From the NCBI GenBank assembly GCA_965219935.1, contig CBDCOU010000003.1, positions 289,632 through 353,631 on the forward strand: a stretch of DNA of 64,000 bases. The letters run 5' to 3'. The notes beneath the pieces were generated by a model. It was not told where the DNA came from, made no database searches, and saw nothing but the letters and a program-made list of their open reading frames with translations. Origin of the DNA: Caldilineaceae bacterium (lineage in GTDB: Bacteria > Chloroflexota > Anaerolineae > Caldilineales > Caldilineaceae). Made by a program: the position numbers and the translations under genes. Numbering within the stretch: the first letter of the stretch is position 1; each line of letters opens with the position of its first letter. Of this stretch, positions 8,409 to 17,035 are shown piece by piece.

Positions 8409-8919
8409 GCGTCAAGTGTCTGCCTGCGGGCGGGTTGTGGTCACAGGGCAGTGCCGCCGACGCTGAGGCACTGTGGCCTGGATCGGCCAACTGGGAGACC
8501 TGGGTACGGTGGGAAACGCTCCTAGTGGGTAGGCTGTTCAATAAATCTGCGGTTGTCCCGAGTGTACGGGATGCCGTCGCCTCCATGCAGAATCGATGCG
8601 GCCGTGTCTGGCCCGGCAATACTCCGGTCTTCTTGCTGAGCCCTTCGAGTCCGTGGTCCGGACTCCCGTCGGTTGCGTTTAGGCAGGGGTAAGAGCGCAG
8701 CCAAACCTCGTTGAACTGGCCCAAGAGGGCGGTGGTCGCGAGACGGTCCGAGTCGCAGCGGGCCGCCAGCATCAGGATGTCCCGTCAGGTTGTGTGGTTT
8801 GATCCACTCGACACGCGGCTCCCCGGTCCCCGGTTGTTCCTGGATTTCAACCAGCGGCGGCGGCCTCACGATATCCATGATATTGTCCAAAGGAGTGTGT
8901 GAAAGGGGCATTTGTAGCC

Positions 8920-8969
8920 AGGCCTCAATCCTCCCGGTCAGCCCACTCCATTGGGATGCGATTGCCCTG
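8920..8969 (-). repeat. Solo copy of the long ISAs1-like terminal repeat
   Basis: ...tcctcccggtcagcccactccattgggatgcgattgccctg ends at 8969. It aligns over about 45 nt with the right TIR at 4589-4641. I found no partner end and no flanking duplication. Confidence 0.55.
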
Positions 8970-9041
8970 ATCCCTGATTGATGTCGGGTTCGATTGTCAC
9001 GTATGTTCAAATTGGGTGCGTGACGGTTCAAGGAATCTGCT

Positions 9042-9632
9042 ATGCCTAGGCGCAAGGGTGACATCGAAGTCATTTGCGGCTCCATGTTCAGCGGCAAGAC
9101 GGAGGAACTGCTGCGGCGCCTGCGTCTGGCCCGTGTCGCCGGGCAGCGCACCCAGTTGTTCAAGCCCGTGATTGACGATCGCTACAGTTCGGACAGCGTG
9201 GTCACGCATGACGGCACCCCCAGTCAAGGGGCGACCAACGCTGACGACGCCTCGGACTTGCTGGCCAAGGTGGAACCCGGCTCCAACGTAGTGGGTGTCG
9301 ACGAAGCCCATTTCTTTGACGATCGCCTGGTCGACGTGTGCATCTATCTGGCGCACTGGGGCAAGCGCGTGGTGGCCGCCGGCCTTGACCAAGACTATCG
9401 AGGCAACCCGTTCCACCCCATGCCGCGCCTGATGGCGGTGGCCGCCGACGTCACGAAGATGCACGCGATCTGCATTGTGTGCAAACGTCGGGCTTCGCGT
9501 ACCCAGCGCCTTATCAACGGACAGCCGGCCCGCATCGACTCGCCGCTGATCCTGATTGGAGGCAAGGAATCCTACGAGGCCCGGTGTTCAAACTGTCATA
9601 GTGTTCCCGGAAAGATCATCAGGCGGCCCTGA
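9042..9632 (+). CDS. tdk: Thymidine kinase
   Basis: P-loop GSMFSGKTEEL, VGVDEAHFF, and the C-terminal Zn motif CIVCKR...RCSNCH. Confidence 0.92.
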   Translation: MPRRKGDIEVICGSMFSGKTEELLRRLRLARVAGQRTQLFKPVIDDRYSSDSVVTHDGTPSQGATNADDASDLLAKVEPGSNVVGVDEAHFFDDRLVDVCIYLAHWGKRVVAAGLDQDYRGNPFHPMPRLMAVAADVTKMHAICIVCKRRASRTQRLINGQPARIDSPLILIGGKESYEARCSNCHSVPGKIIRRP

Positions 9633-9643
9633 GACTCAATCGG

Positions 9644-10201
9644 TCAATCATCTTTGGGTTCCGCTGGTTGGTCCAGCAGTTCCAGTGGTCCGGTTTCGGG
9701 ACCTGTCCAAACATACCGAAGACTTGCCGCCTCGAGTGTGACGGTCAGGCGGGAGCGGTCTGTAGCCGGGTTGGGTTCGGTTTGCACGCCAACCAGCTTG
9801 ATGTCCGAGAACCGCAGGCCCGTCATGGTTGCCAGGTTCAGCATGGCGGATGCCACGACGGGCACATCCTCGTTGAATTCCGTCGCGGTGGGGATCCCTT
9901 GCAACTTGGCGGTCGGCCCGGGTCCAGTGTGCACTGTAAAGGTTCGGTCGCCGGCCTGTATCTGCATGACGCAGCCGGGGGTCAATGCCTGGACATATGC
10001 GACGCCCGGTTCGGGGATGCCAAGGCTGGCGTCCGGCCACAGCTTGGGTTCCACGTTGACGATGGTCACGCTGGCGAGTTCGATGTCCAGTTCGTCGATG
10101 ACATGAACCAGGGCTGCTGCCACCTGTTGTCCGACCTCTGTCGGGTCTACTGGCTGGGGAGTGGTTTCCGGATCTGAAACGTTCATCGTGGATTTGTACA
10201 T
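9644..10201 (-). CDS. Hypothetical protein
   Basis: From ORF 9644..10339. The start was moved to the ATG at 10201 (MYKSTMNVS...) because the listed start would overlap the divergent 10329 gene. No recognisable domain. Confidence 0.5.
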   Translation of the reverse strand: MYKSTMNVSDPETTPQPVDPTEVGQQVAAALVHVIDELDIELASVTIVNVEPKLWPDASLGIPEPGVAYVQALTPGCVMQIQAGDRTFTVHTGPGPTAKLQGIPTATEFNEDVPVVASAMLNLATMTGLRFSDIKLVGVQTEPNPATDRSRLTVTLEAASLRYVWTGPETGPLELLDQPAEPKDD

Positions 10202-10328
10202 GGCTGGCTGGCGGTGGCCCGGTTTCCGTCCGCGACCGGTTGTCGGCTGTCCTTGTGGCTCAGGGCCAAGCAGGGCTGCGACAGTATAATGGGCGGTTCC
10301 CTCCCCTGATTTCTGGCTTTCCGCGAGC

Positions 10329-11321
10329 ATGTCGGACACCCGCGCATTGACCTGCCGCCTGCCGGCTCGTCTTCACTTCGGTTTGCTGGACATGAACGGA
10401 TCGCATGGCCGCGTGGACGGTGGTATTGGATTGGCCATCCAGGAACCGGCTTCCGTCATCAAAGTCGCATGGTCGGACGATCTGGACGTGTGTCCCGGCA
10501 ACTTGGACGACCAACTCAGGGAGCGGATGGCGGCCGGTTTGGCCGTGGTGCGGAAGGACTTCGGGCTTCCGGGAGCCAAGGTTGAAGTGCTCGCGCGACC
10601 GGGCGCCCACTCGGGTTTCGGCAGTTCAACGCAACTGCTGGTGGGTGCCGCCCGGGCTCTCTGCCTGTTGGCGGGACGCGCCGTGTCCGCCTCGGCTCTG
10701 GCTTTCCGCATGAGGCGGGGCGGTACGTCCGGTATCGGCACCGCAGTCATGGACGGTGGCGGTTTCGTGTTGGACGGCGGGCATCGATTCAGGCGTGGCC
10801 CGCGGTCCAAGCAGGAGTTTGAACCCTCCGGGGCCGCGGCGGCACCGCCGCCTCCAGTGCTGATGCAGGAGCCGTTTCCCGAAACTTGGGAGATTCTCAT
10901 TGCCCAGCCGCCTGGACTTGACATAAGTGGCAAGCAGGAACTGGCATTGTTCCATCAGGTGTGCCCCGTGCCCGACCATGAAGTGGATGCGATGTGCCGC
11001 CTGCTTCTGACGCGGATCGCCCCTGCGGTGTTGGAGGAGGACCTGGACGAGTTCTGTGACGGACTCGAGGCCTATCAACGGCTGGGGTTCAAGGTGGCGG
11101 AAGTCCGGACGCAGCTGCCTGTTGTCCAGGAATGCATGGATCGGCTGCGCGCATTGGACGGCCGGGGGGTCGGCATGAGCAGTTGGGGGCCTGTTGTGTT
11201 CAGTTTTGGCCGGGACCTGGCACCTCTCAAGACCGACTTGGATCCTTGGCTGACGGCCCGGGGAGGGAAGCCGGCCTTCATTACCAGGGCGGACAATCAC
11301 GGTTGCCGGGTGCTGCTGTGA
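10329..11321 (+). CDS. Beta-ribofuranosylaminobenzene 5'-phosphate (beta-RFAP) synthase family protein (GHMP-kinase fold, COG1907)
   Basis: RLHFGLLDMNGSHGRVDGGIGLAIQEP, PGAHSGFGSSTQL and RGGTSGIGTAVMDGGGFVLDGGHRF closely parallel the archaeal MJ1427-type enzyme as I recall it. Confidence 0.75.
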   Translation: MSDTRALTCRLPARLHFGLLDMNGSHGRVDGGIGLAIQEPASVIKVAWSDDLDVCPGNLDDQLRERMAAGLAVVRKDFGLPGAKVEVLARPGAHSGFGSSTQLLVGAARALCLLAGRAVSASALAFRMRRGGTSGIGTAVMDGGGFVLDGGHRFRRGPRSKQEFEPSGAAAAPPPPVLMQEPFPETWEILIAQPPGLDISGKQELALFHQVCPVPDHEVDAMCRLLLTRIAPAVLEEDLDEFCDGLEAYQRLGFKVAEVRTQLPVVQECMDRLRALDGRGVGMSSWGPVVFSFGRDLAPLKTDLDPWLTARGGKPAFITRADNHGCRVLL

Positions 11322-12007
11322 CCGGGCAACCCCTTGAACTCAAGGTCTGCGGCACGACCAGCCCAGCGGACGCCGCCCTGCTGAACGGCACCGCCGTCCG
11401 GTGGTGCGGCATCGTGGTGGAAGCCGATTTTTCACCGCGCTCGCTGAGTGTCGAACAGGCGGCCGCCGTCCGCACGGCAACGGACCGGGATGTTGTGGTC
11501 CTCCTCTGCGAACCGTCGTCCGGTCTTGTGGCGAGGGTCGTCGAACATGTGCGGCCGTTTGCCATTCAGCTGCAATGTGCCGAATCGCCGGCGGAGGTTG
11601 CCCGGGTGAGGGCAACCGTCGATTGTGAAGTCTGGAAAGCGGTGCACCTGCCCGCCGTGGCGTCCCAGGCATCGCCCGCGGCCTATGTGCGGGCCGGAGC
11701 GGACAGGCTGGTGCTTGATTCCCAGGTGGCAGGGGAGGCCGGGGTGCGTTTTTTTGGCGGAACCGGCCGCGTCGGGGACTGGGGTCTCATGGCCGACTGG
11801 ATGGCCGGGATTCGGGAGGTCCCCGTAATGCTTGCCGGCGGCATCCATGCCGGTAACCTGCATGAAGCAGTCCGGCAGACCGGACCGGCCGGCGTCGATC
11901 TGTGCAGTGGGGTTGAGCGACAGGTGGGCCGCCGCGATCCGAAGCGTCTGGCCGAACTGCTGGCGGCCTGGCATGCCTTGGAACCCAACGGGGAGGCGGC
12001 GGCATGA
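11318..12007 (+). CDS. Phosphoribosylanthranilate isomerase (TrpF)-like protein
   Basis: The GTG at 11318 overlaps the upstream stop (GTGA). LKVCGTTSPADA..., GGTGRVGDW, PVMLAGGIHAGNL and GVDLCSGVE follow the TrpF pattern. It is in the frame of ORF 11132..12007. Confidence 0.7.
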   Translation: MTGQPLELKVCGTTSPADAALLNGTAVRWCGIVVEADFSPRSLSVEQAAAVRTATDRDVVVLLCEPSSGLVARVVEHVRPFAIQLQCAESPAEVARVRATVDCEVWKAVHLPAVASQASPAAYVRAGADRLVLDSQVAGEAGVRFFGGTGRVGDWGLMADWMAGIREVPVMLAGGIHAGNLHEAVRQTGPAGVDLCSGVERQVGRRDPKRLAELLAAWHALEPNGEAAA

Positions 12008-13068
12008 AGGCGGCAGTGGTGCACGGCCTGAACGACATCCGCATCGACGAGGTGCCGATGCCGGAAATTGGGCCCGCGCAGGTGCTGGTGCGGGTGGGTG
12101 CCGCCGGGGTTTGCAGCACGGATGTCAAGACCCTGGCAGGCCTGAGTCCGCCCCGAACCGTTCCGGCGATCTTGGGCCATGAAGTGGCCGGCCTGATTGT
12201 CGAGACCGGAACCGACGTGGACGACTGGCAGGTGGGCCAACGCGTGGCGGTGTATCCCATCGCGGCCTGTGGCGGATGCTTCTACTGCATGGCCGGACGC
12301 CACAGCCTTTGCCTCCGCGAGTACGGTCTGGGCCGAGGCGCCGACGGAGCCTTCGCCGAATATCTGGCCGTGCCTTCCGAAGTGATGTCCTTGGGCGGCT
12401 TGGTGGACATCGGAGACACTCCGTATGCCACGGCCACCCTGATCGAGCCCTTGTCCTGCGTCTTGGCCGCCGCACGCCAATGCAGGACGGGAGAGGGCAG
12501 TTCCGTGGTGGTGGTGGGCTGCGGGCCGATGGGCCTGCTGCACGTATACGCCAACCGGCGACTGGGAGCCAAGGTTGTGGCTGTGGACATGAATGCCGAA
12601 CGCTTGGAACATGCCCGGCGGCTGGGGGCACAGGCGGTCCTCAATCCCGATCGGGACCCGGTCCGGGAAGGTGTGCTGGAGGCGACCGGCGGCCTTGGGG
12701 CCGACATCGTGATTGCCGCCGTGGGTTTCGTGGACGCGGTCTGCCAGTCCTTCGACTATGTGCGTCCGGGCGGTGTCCTCAACGTTTTCGGGGGCACCCC
12801 GCGCGGCGATATGATGACGGTGGATCCCCGCTGGCTGCACTACGGGGAAATAACCTTGACCGGAACCTTCGCGTCGTCCGTGCAGGACTTCCGTGAAGCC
12901 TGGACCCGTCTGCAGGAGGATCCGGATCCCGTCAATTCGATTGTCTCCCACCATTGTCGGCTTGACGACATCGTGGCGGCAGTGGACCGGGTCCGCACCG
13001 GGCGGGGCACCAAGACCATCGTGGTCTTCGACGAGGCGTCCGACGACGCTCCGTCGTCTCCCCATTAG
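12004..13068 (+). CDS. Zn-dependent alcohol/polyol dehydrogenase (MDR superfamily)
   Basis: GHEVAG, the structural-Zn motif CGGCFYCMAGRHSLC, and Rossmann VVVVGCGPMG. The ATG overlaps the upstream stop (ATGA). Confidence 0.85.
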   Translation: MKAAVVHGLNDIRIDEVPMPEIGPAQVLVRVGAAGVCSTDVKTLAGLSPPRTVPAILGHEVAGLIVETGTDVDDWQVGQRVAVYPIAACGGCFYCMAGRHSLCLREYGLGRGADGAFAEYLAVPSEVMSLGGLVDIGDTPYATATLIEPLSCVLAAARQCRTGEGSSVVVVGCGPMGLLHVYANRRLGAKVVAVDMNAERLEHARRLGAQAVLNPDRDPVREGVLEATGGLGADIVIAAVGFVDAVCQSFDYVRPGGVLNVFGGTPRGDMMTVDPRWLHYGEITLTGTFASSVQDFREAWTRLQEDPDPVNSIVSHHCRLDDIVAAVDRVRTGRGTKTIVVFDEASDDAPSSPH

Positions 13069-13102
13069 CTGTTGTTCAACTTTTTCATCGGGGCCGTGTT
13101 CC

Positions 13103-16100
13103 GTGTCTGATTCCTTCGTCCACCTTCACACCCACTCCGAATATTCCCTCCTGGACGGCCTGAACAGCCTGGATCGGCTGGTGGGACGCGCAGCCGAATT
13201 GGGACAGCCGTCCCTGGCGCTGACCGACCACGGCGTCATGCATGGCGCCATCGACTTCCACCGGACCTGTCGGGGACACGGCATCCACCCGGTGTTGGGC
13301 ATCGAGGCCTACCTGACCAAGTGGGGTCGGCCCATGGACGGTCGGGACAAGTCCCTGGATTCCCAGCGCCACCACCTCCTTTTGCTGGCCCAGAACGACA
13401 CCGGCTACCGCAACCTGCTCAAACTGTGCACCCAGGCTCATTTGGAGGGTTTCTACCACAAGCCCCGGGTGGACCACGACCGTCTGCGGGAGTTGAGCAA
13501 CGGCCTGATCTGCACGTCCGGCTGCCTGTCGGCGGAAATCCCGTGGCTGCTGTCCCACGGGCGCGATGACGAGGCCGCGGAGCGCACGGCGTGGTACGTG
13601 GAGACCTTCACCAGGGAGCGGTTTTTCCTCGAACTGGAAGGGCACGACATCCCGGAACTGGATGTTGTCAACAAGGGCCTGTTGCGCCTGGCCAAACAAT
13701 TCGACCTGAAGATGATTGCCAGCAACGACGTGCACTACGCGTGCGAGTCCGACGGCAAGTACCAGGATGTTCTGCTGTGCGTTCAGACGGGCAGCAGACG
13801 GAGCGATGCCAAGCGGATGCGCATGACCGGAGACAGCTACTTTCTCCGGTCCCGCAGCCAAATGGAGGATGCCTTCCGCAACAAGGTGGACCTTCCCCGC
13901 GACGTGTTCGACCGGACCATCGAGATTGCCGAGATGTGCAACGTCAATCCGGAGGACGATGCCTATCACATGCCCAGGTTCCCGCTGCCGGAGGGATTTG
14001 AGACGGACAAATCCTATTTGGAGGAGTTGACCGGCACGGGTTTGCAGAAGCTGTACGGGGGCGGTCCGGGGGAAAGCACCGCACAGGACCGCCTGCGGGC
14101 CGAGCTGGACATGATCTTCGACATGCAGCTGGAGTCCTACTTCCTGATCGTGGCCGATATTTGCCGGTATGCCCAGAAGGAGAACATCTGGTTCAACGTG
14201 CGGGGTTCGGGAGCTGGTTCGATCGTGGCCCGGGCGCTTGGGATCACGAGCGTCGACCCCCTCAAGTACGACCTGATTTTCGAGCGTTTCCTCAATCCCG
14301 GACGCCTGACCATGCCGGATTTCGACCTGGACTTTCCCGACGACCAGCGGGAAAAGATGATCCAGTACACCATTGATCGGTACGGCAAGGATCACGTGGC
14401 CCAGATTGTGACCTTCGGGCGCATGAAGTCGCGGGCCGCCGTCCGGGATGTGGGCCGCGTTCTGGGCGTGGACCTGGGGGATGTCGACCGCATGGCCCGC
14501 TTGGTTCCGTCCGGTCCGGGCGCGGCCAAGCTAAGGGAAATGCTCGACCCGCAGCACGATGCCCACGACCCGGACGTGGCGGCGGCCGCCCAGAGCGAAC
14601 CGCTGGCCGAGTTGATGCATGTCGCACCGGAACTGGAGGGGGTCGCGCGCACCGAGAGCATCCACGCGGCGGCGGTGATCATGTCCGAGAAGGAGCTGTG
14701 GCGCTACACCCCGCTGAAGCGCGGTCGCAACACCATCTCGGAATACGTGACGCAGTACGAGTTTCCGGTCCTGGAATCGATAGGCCTCCTGAAGGTCGAC
14801 TTTCTCGGCCTCAGCACCTTGACCGTGATGCGGGAGGCCTGCCGGCTGATCAAGGCGTATCACAAGGAAGAGTGGGACATCGACACCATTCCCTATGAAG
14901 GGGAAGGCACGGAACAGGCCTTTGAACTGCTGTCCAGCGGCGAAACCGCGGGGGTGTTCCAGGTTGAATCGGAGGGGTTCCAGGACACGCTGCGCTCCAT
15001 GCGGCCGACCCAGTACGTGCACATCATCGCGGCCCTGTCACTCTATCGGCCCGGCCCGATGGACTACATCGACCTGTACAACCGTCGGATGCACGGAGAG
15101 GTTGCGGTGGAGTACAAGCATCCGCAGCTGGAACCGATTCTGGCCGAAACCTACGGCATCATCGTCTATCAGGAACAAATCATCCGGATTATTCAGGAGT
15201 TGGCGAACTACACGGCCGCCGAGGCCGATTTGGTGCGGATTGCGATTAGCAAGAAGGAACGCAAGAAGATCGACGAGTCCCGGGCAGGTTTCATCACGGG
15301 ATGCGCCGCCAACGGCATCGGCGAGAAGATCGCAGACGAAATCTGGCAGGACATCGAGTTGTTCGCCGGATACGGCTTCAACAAGAGCCATGCCGCCGAC
15401 TACGCCAAGATCACGGTCCAGACCGCGTGGCTCAAGGCCAACTATCCTCAGGAATACATGCTGGCCATGCTGCTCGTGGAGCGGAACAAACCGGACAAGG
15501 TGACCCGCATCATCAGCGAGTGCCAGCGGATGGGGATTCAGGTGGCGGCCCCGGACATCAACCAAAGCAGCCACGAATTCACCATCGAGGTACGGCCGCA
15601 ACTGCAGGATGGCACGGATGGCCCCGCCGCGGTCCAGTCGAACTTCGCTTTTCCGGTGCCCGAGGGTTCCACCATTCGCTTCGGTCTGGCTGCCGTCAAG
15701 GGCATCTCCAGCGAGGGGGTGGCCGGCGAAGTCGTTGCTCCCAGGCCGCCGGACGGATTCGCCAGCCTCGACGAATTCTGCGAGGTGTGCGACCTCCACG
15801 CATTTTCCCGCCGTTCGGTCGAGACCCTGATTCAGGCCGGTGTCCTGGATCGCTGGGGGAACCGCAAACAGCTGATGGACGCCCTGGATGCCATGATGGC
15901 ACGGTCGAAAGTGGCCCACAGTGCCGGCTTGGAGGGGCAGAACAGCCTGTTTGGAGACGATGAAGAGGCGGTCAGGCCGCCGTCCGTGGTTCTGTCCGAG
16001 GCGGAACCGTCGCCGGCGGAGATGGTTGAGTACCTGGGTGTCGAGAAGGAATTGCTGGGTGTGTCGTTAAGCAGCAGGCATCCCGTGACGGATTTGTACA

Positions 16101-17017
16101 ACCGGCTCAAGGATCACTTCACCTTGGTCACGACCGCCAGGGCCGCGGGCGATACGACGGTCAGACAAAAGGCGCGGCCCATCAAGATTGTCGGCCTGGT
16201 TCGAGAGGTGCGCACCATCAGGACCAAGAAGGGCGATGCGATGGCATTCATCACGCTTGAGGATGCCCACGGCGAGTTGCCGTGTGTCGCCTTCCCGGAT
16301 GCCTGGCGCCGCCTCGCACGCACCGTCGTGGAGGGCGTCCAGTTGCTGTGCGACGGCAAACTCAGCTACAACCAGGCGCGGGACGAACAGTCGCTCCATC
16401 TGGAGCAGGTGAGGACCTACTCGGACCTGGCGGACTATCAGACCAAGGAACGGCCCGGCATCCAGCGCTCGCCGGCGTCGCCTGCTCCCGACAGGCGGGG
16501 CGACGAACCGCCGGACACTTCCGAACCGGCGGGCGGGCCCGCCGAGATGTTCGTTGTGGACGAAGCGTTATCCAAACCGGCCGGACACGTGTCGGAACCG
16601 GAACCCCAGCAGGAGATCGGCGAATCGGACGAAGTTCTGTTTGCACCGGAGCCGACTGCACGCGAATCCACGGCCGCCGTGCCTCCCATCGAGTTGGACC
16701 GCCACGAGCAGGCCGAGCCGCCCGCAGACATGCAGGCGGAGGCCGGCCGCGTGGCCCTGTTTCTGCGGCTCGATGAGGGCAAGCCTGTGGGCGCACAGGT
16801 AGCCGCGGTGCAAAAACTCAACGACACGCTGAACGCGGCCCAAGGGTCGGACCGCTGGACGGTGGAGCTGATTGTCAGCGTGAACGGGTTGTCAACCGGG
16901 TTCAGGTACCCCGAACCCATGCCCCTGGACCCGGAGAACGGGAACCTGTCCGCTCAACTGGAGGAACTGGGCGTGAAGCTGTGGGTCGAACCAAATCGGG
17001 ATGGCAACCGAGTATGA
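13103..17017 (+). CDS. dnaE: DNA polymerase III alpha subunit with a long acidic/Pro-rich C-terminal tail
   Basis: PHP-domain start FVHLHTHSEYSLLDG, and later GLLKVDFLGL and an OB-fold region. I chose the in-frame GTG at 13103 just upstream of the PHP motif, within ORF 12893..17017. Confidence 0.93.
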   Translation: MSDSFVHLHTHSEYSLLDGLNSLDRLVGRAAELGQPSLALTDHGVMHGAIDFHRTCRGHGIHPVLGIEAYLTKWGRPMDGRDKSLDSQRHHLLLLAQNDTGYRNLLKLCTQAHLEGFYHKPRVDHDRLRELSNGLICTSGCLSAEIPWLLSHGRDDEAAERTAWYVETFTRERFFLELEGHDIPELDVVNKGLLRLAKQFDLKMIASNDVHYACESDGKYQDVLLCVQTGSRRSDAKRMRMTGDSYFLRSRSQMEDAFRNKVDLPRDVFDRTIEIAEMCNVNPEDDAYHMPRFPLPEGFETDKSYLEELTGTGLQKLYGGGPGESTAQDRLRAELDMIFDMQLESYFLIVADICRYAQKENIWFNVRGSGAGSIVARALGITSVDPLKYDLIFERFLNPGRLTMPDFDLDFPDDQREKMIQYTIDRYGKDHVAQIVTFGRMKSRAAVRDVGRVLGVDLGDVDRMARLVPSGPGAAKLREMLDPQHDAHDPDVAAAAQSEPLAELMHVAPELEGVARTESIHAAAVIMSEKELWRYTPLKRGRNTISEYVTQYEFPVLESIGLLKVDFLGLSTLTVMREACRLIKAYHKEEWDIDTIPYEGEGTEQAFELLSSGETAGVFQVESEGFQDTLRSMRPTQYVHIIAALSLYRPGPMDYIDLYNRRMHGEVAVEYKHPQLEPILAETYGIIVYQEQIIRIIQELANYTAAEADLVRIAISKKERKKIDESRAGFITGCAANGIGEKIADEIWQDIELFAGYGFNKSHAADYAKITVQTAWLKANYPQEYMLAMLLVERNKPDKVTRIISECQRMGIQVAAPDINQSSHEFTIEVRPQLQDGTDGPAAVQSNFAFPVPEGSTIRFGLAAVKGISSEGVAGEVVAPRPPDGFASLDEFCEVCDLHAFSRRSVETLIQAGVLDRWGNRKQLMDALDAMMARSKVAHSAGLEGQNSLFGDDEEAVRPPSVVLSEAEPSPAEMVEYLGVEKELLGVSLSSRHPVTDLYNRLKDHFTLVTTARAAGDTTVRQKARPIKIVGLVREVRTIRTKKGDAMAFITLEDAHGELPCVAFPDAWRRLARTVVEGVQLLCDGKLSYNQARDEQSLHLEQVRTYSDLADYQTKERPGIQRSPASPAPDRRGDEPPDTSEPAGGPAEMFVVDEALSKPAGHVSEPEPQQEIGESDEVLFAPEPTARESTAAVPPIELDRHEQAEPPADMQAEAGRVALFLRLDEGKPVGAQVAAVQKLNDTLNAAQGSDRWTVELIVSVNGLSTGFRYPEPMPLDPENGNLSAQLEELGVKLWVEPNRDGNRV

Positions 17018-17035
17018 CCTGCCTGTCCCGGGCCC

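Noticed and set aside
8443-8460. CAGGGCAGTGCCGCC as the missing left end pairing with the solo TIR at 8969
   Set aside because: Only the first 7 nt match the family core, and the flanks (GGTTGTGGTCA versus ATCCCTGATTG) share no duplication.
8522-9163. 213-aa minus-strand ORF filling the rpmE-tdk gap
   Set aside because: It overlaps the tdk start on the opposite strand. It is Pro/Arg/Gly-rich with no motif and spans the solo IS repeat. It is probably not coding.
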